NCBI GenBank assembly: GCA_028864905.1
Contig: JAGWLP010000002.1
Location: forward strand, 1-53,573
Direction: 5' to 3'
DNA from: Gammaproteobacteria bacterium
Lineage (GTDB): Bacteria > Pseudomonadota > Gammaproteobacteria > Natronospirales > REEB76
Length of the DNA: 53,573 bases
The notes below the pieces were generated by a model. The model had not been told where the DNA came from, ran no database searches, and saw only the letters and a list, made by a program, of their open reading frames with translations. Position numbers and translations under genes: made by a program. Below are positions 51,844-53,573 of this stretch, in pieces. Position 1 is the first letter of the stretch; every line of letters starts with the position of its first letter.

Positions 51844-51857
51844 TTGATGCACATCAA
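51844..51857. promoter_or_regulatory. FNR/Dnr-type box, perfect (TTGAT-gcac-ATCAA)
   Basis: The centre is about 66 nt upstream of the Rieske ATG. A TAAAGT -10-like hexamer at 51879-51884 gives near-ideal class II spacing. Confidence 0.7.
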
Positions 51858-51916
51858 GGCAGGTGCGCGCAGCGGCGCTTAAAGTGCCGGGCAACCGCAG
51901 CACAGGAGGGCTTGGC

Positions 51917-52234
51917 ATGTCACAATGGATCGCAGCCGCACAGCTCGGCGAAATTCCCGACCACAAATCCAAAGTCATCACGCTCAACGGTTCCGATGTC
52001 GCCGTGTTCAACCTGAGCGGCGAGTATTTTGCCATCGAAGACATCTGCACACATGACGGCGGCGACATCTCGGGCGGCTGGGTGGAAGGCGAGCATGCGG
52101 TGTGCCCGCGGCATCTCGCGGAATTCTCCATCCGTACCGGCGCGGCGCTCAAGGCGCCGGCCTACGAGGGCGTGCACAGCTTTCCGGTGCGCGTGCGCGG
52201 TGCAGTCATTGAAGTCTGCGATGACCGCGAGTGA
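51917..52234 (+). CDS. soluble Rieske [2Fe-2S] ferredoxin
   Basis: ATG at 51917 after AGGAGGG. The motif C-T-H-x17-C-P-R-H (CTHDGGDISGGWVEGEHAVCPRH) is present in a 105 aa product with no TM. Confidence 0.8.
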   Translation: MSQWIAAAQLGEIPDHKSKVITLNGSDVAVFNLSGEYFAIEDICTHDGGDISGGWVEGEHAVCPRHLAEFSIRTGAALKAPAYEGVHSFPVRVRGAVIEVCDDRE

Positions 52235-52255
52235 GGCGTGCGGGGACGGCGAGTC

Positions 52256-53573
52256 ATGGTAAGCAACCGTCTGTCGCGCTGGACCCTGCTGTTCTTTGCC
52301 TGTGCATTGGTGAATTTCCTGGCTGCGCAGGGCGTGATTCTTTCCGGTGCAAGCTGGCCGATGCAGCCGGTATCCGCGCCCGGCACGCTGGTGGCCGTGC
52401 ACCTGCTCACCATCGGCTGGCTGCTGCTGCTGATGCTGGGCGCGTTGTTCCAGTTCATCCCGGTAATTACATCGAATGTGTTGCCGAGCCAGCACCTGGA
52501 GCTGGCAACGTTGGGCGCCATCGAAGTCGGTTTGCTGCTCATGATCTGCGGATTCATCGGCATGGGTTTGGGCGCGGCGCTGATCGTCCGCTGTCTGCCG
52601 GTCGGTGGCGCTCTGGTCATCGCCGGTGTGCTGCTGGCCTGTTACGACCTCGGCGTGCCGCTCCTCAAGGCACGGCCGTTGACCTTGCCCGGCCGCATGG
52701 CGCTCACCGGCCTGGTGTTTCTGCTCGTCACCATCACGCTCGGGCTGTTGTTCGCACTCACCATCAGCGTCCCGGCGCTGTCCGGGCGTTTAGGTGTGCT
52801 GCTGGCCGATGGCGTCGGCTTGCATGCGCTCGCGGGCCTGGGTGGCTGGTTCACGCTCACGGCCATGGGGGTGACTTACAAGCTCGTGCCCATGTTCACG
52901 CTCGCGCCCGAGGAGCGCGGCTTGGCCGGTGAGCTGGTGCATTACCTCGCGGCCGCGGGGTTTGCCTTGGCGCTGATTTTCGGCCTACTGCACATCTGGA
53001 TACCGGTATGCACCCTGCAGGGCGTGGAATATACCGGATATCTGCTGGTGGTGGTGGGCATCGGCATTTATCTCTGGGACATGGCGCGCATCTATCGCAC
53101 GCGCAGACGCGCGGTGCTTGAGCTGCACAACAAGGCGGCGGTAGGCGCATTCGTGCTGCTCGGAGCCTGCGTGGTGATGGCGCTGGTGCTGGCCGGATTG
53201 GGACGGTCGGCCGACGATGCAGCGGTCTTCGTGTTCCTGGTGGTGTTCGGCTGGCTGAGCGGGTTGGGGCTCACGCAGCTTTACAAGATTGTGCCGTTTC
53301 TGGCCTGGCTTGGCCGCTTCGGCCAGAAACTCGGGCGCGGGCCGGTGCCGCGCGTGCAGGATCTCGTGGATGAAGCCCGCGGCTATCCGTGGTTCATCAT
53401 TTATTTCATCGGCGTATCGCTGGCGGTACTCGCGGCCTTCAGCGACGAGTTTTATGTTTTCCGTGCCGGTATCGGACTGGGCGTGATCGCCACGCTCGGA
53501 TTGATGCTCGAGTCCTGGCGCGCTTGGCGCGGCTATTACGCGGCGCGCAAGCCACAGGTTGCGCCGAAGCTGC
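52256..53573 (+). CDS. uncharacterised polytopic (at least 12 TM) membrane protein, 3-prime partial
   Basis: It is absent from the ORF track because it has no stop inside the window. I translated from ATG 52256 to the window end and found no stop (MVSNRLSRWTLLFFACALVNFLAAQG...). It has at least 12 hydrophobic helices and a repeated motif: VHLLTIGW-x12-FQFIPV, LHALAGLGGW-x10-YKLVPMF and FGWLSGLGLTQLYKIVPF. Codon usage is GC3-rich, as in neighbouring genes. Confidence 0.65.
   Translation, partial: MVSNRLSRWTLLFFACALVNFLAAQGVILSGASWPMQPVSAPGTLVAVHLLTIGWLLLLMLGALFQFIPVITSNVLPSQHLELATLGAIEVGLLLMICGFIGMGLGAALIVRCLPVGGALVIAGVLLACYDLGVPLLKARPLTLPGRMALTGLVFLLVTITLGLLFALTISVPALSGRLGVLLADGVGLHALAGLGGWFTLTAMGVTYKLVPMFTLAPEERGLAGELVHYLAAAGFALALIFGLLHIWIPVCTLQGVEYTGYLLVVVGIGIYLWDMARIYRTRRRAVLELHNKAAVGAFVLLGACVVMALVLAGLGRSADDAAVFVFLVVFGWLSGLGLTQLYKIVPFLAWLGRFGQKLGRGPVPRVQDLVDEARGYPWFIIYFIGVSLAVLAAFSDEFYVFRAGIGLGVIATLGLMLESWRAWRGYYAARKPQVAPKL

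Noticed and set aside
52231-52932. Track ORF of 233 aa overlapping the Rieske stop.
   Set aside because: Its product is Arg/Ala/Gly-rich with no hydrophobic pattern. The +1-shifted frame starting at 52256 gives a coherent multi-TM protein that stays open to the window end.
39765-53573. Classifying the region downstream of tRNA-Leu as a mobile genomic island.
   Set aside because: I could find no integrase, transposase, conjugation genes or repeat of the tRNA 3-prime end in the window. Its GC-rich composition looks similar to the core.

Overview
This is a high-GC chromosomal segment with gammaproteobacterial synteny. The run uvrY-uvrC-pgsA followed by tRNA-Gly(GCC), tRNA-Cys(GCA) and tRNA-Leu(UAA) matches the E. 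coli glyW-cysT-leuZ neighbourhood. Positions 1 to about 39.8 kb are mostly core housekeeping. They hold sufB plus an Rrf2 regulator, M20 peptidase, tatD, mtfA, acnA, hflD-mnmA-NUDIX-purB, fumC, nudL plus a single-domain mazG, DegV, an NfeD/SPFH pair, a PlpD-like patatin/Omp85 protein, uppP, an ALDH7-type and saccharopine dehydrogenase pair, class II DAHP synthase and icd. From the tRNA cluster to the right edge (about 39.9-53.6 kb) the content changes to a respiratory and nitrosative-stress cluster. It encodes a three-module NirK (membrane anchor, Cu-nitrite reductase, cytochrome c) and a small membrane protein coupled to a hemerythrin-like protein. It also encodes a Cys-less Crp/Fnr (Dnr/NnrR-type) regulator, 7Fe ferredoxin, pseudoazurin, a variant cbb3-type oxidase operon (CcoN, a CcoO-cytochrome c fusion, two small accessory proteins) and pncB coupled to nnrS. 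At the right end are an FmdE-like protein, a soluble Rieske ferredoxin and an uncharacterised membrane protein with at least 12 TM segments that runs off the window and is absent from the supplied ORF track. The strongest signal I read directly is four perfect copies and one 9/10 copy of TTGAT-N4-ATCAA. All five are intergenic within this 12 kb, which ties the unknown genes to the Dnr-type regulator. No CRISPR arrays, integrases, transposases or rRNA genes were seen. Many long ORFs in the track are antisense or off-frame artefacts of GC-rich DNA.
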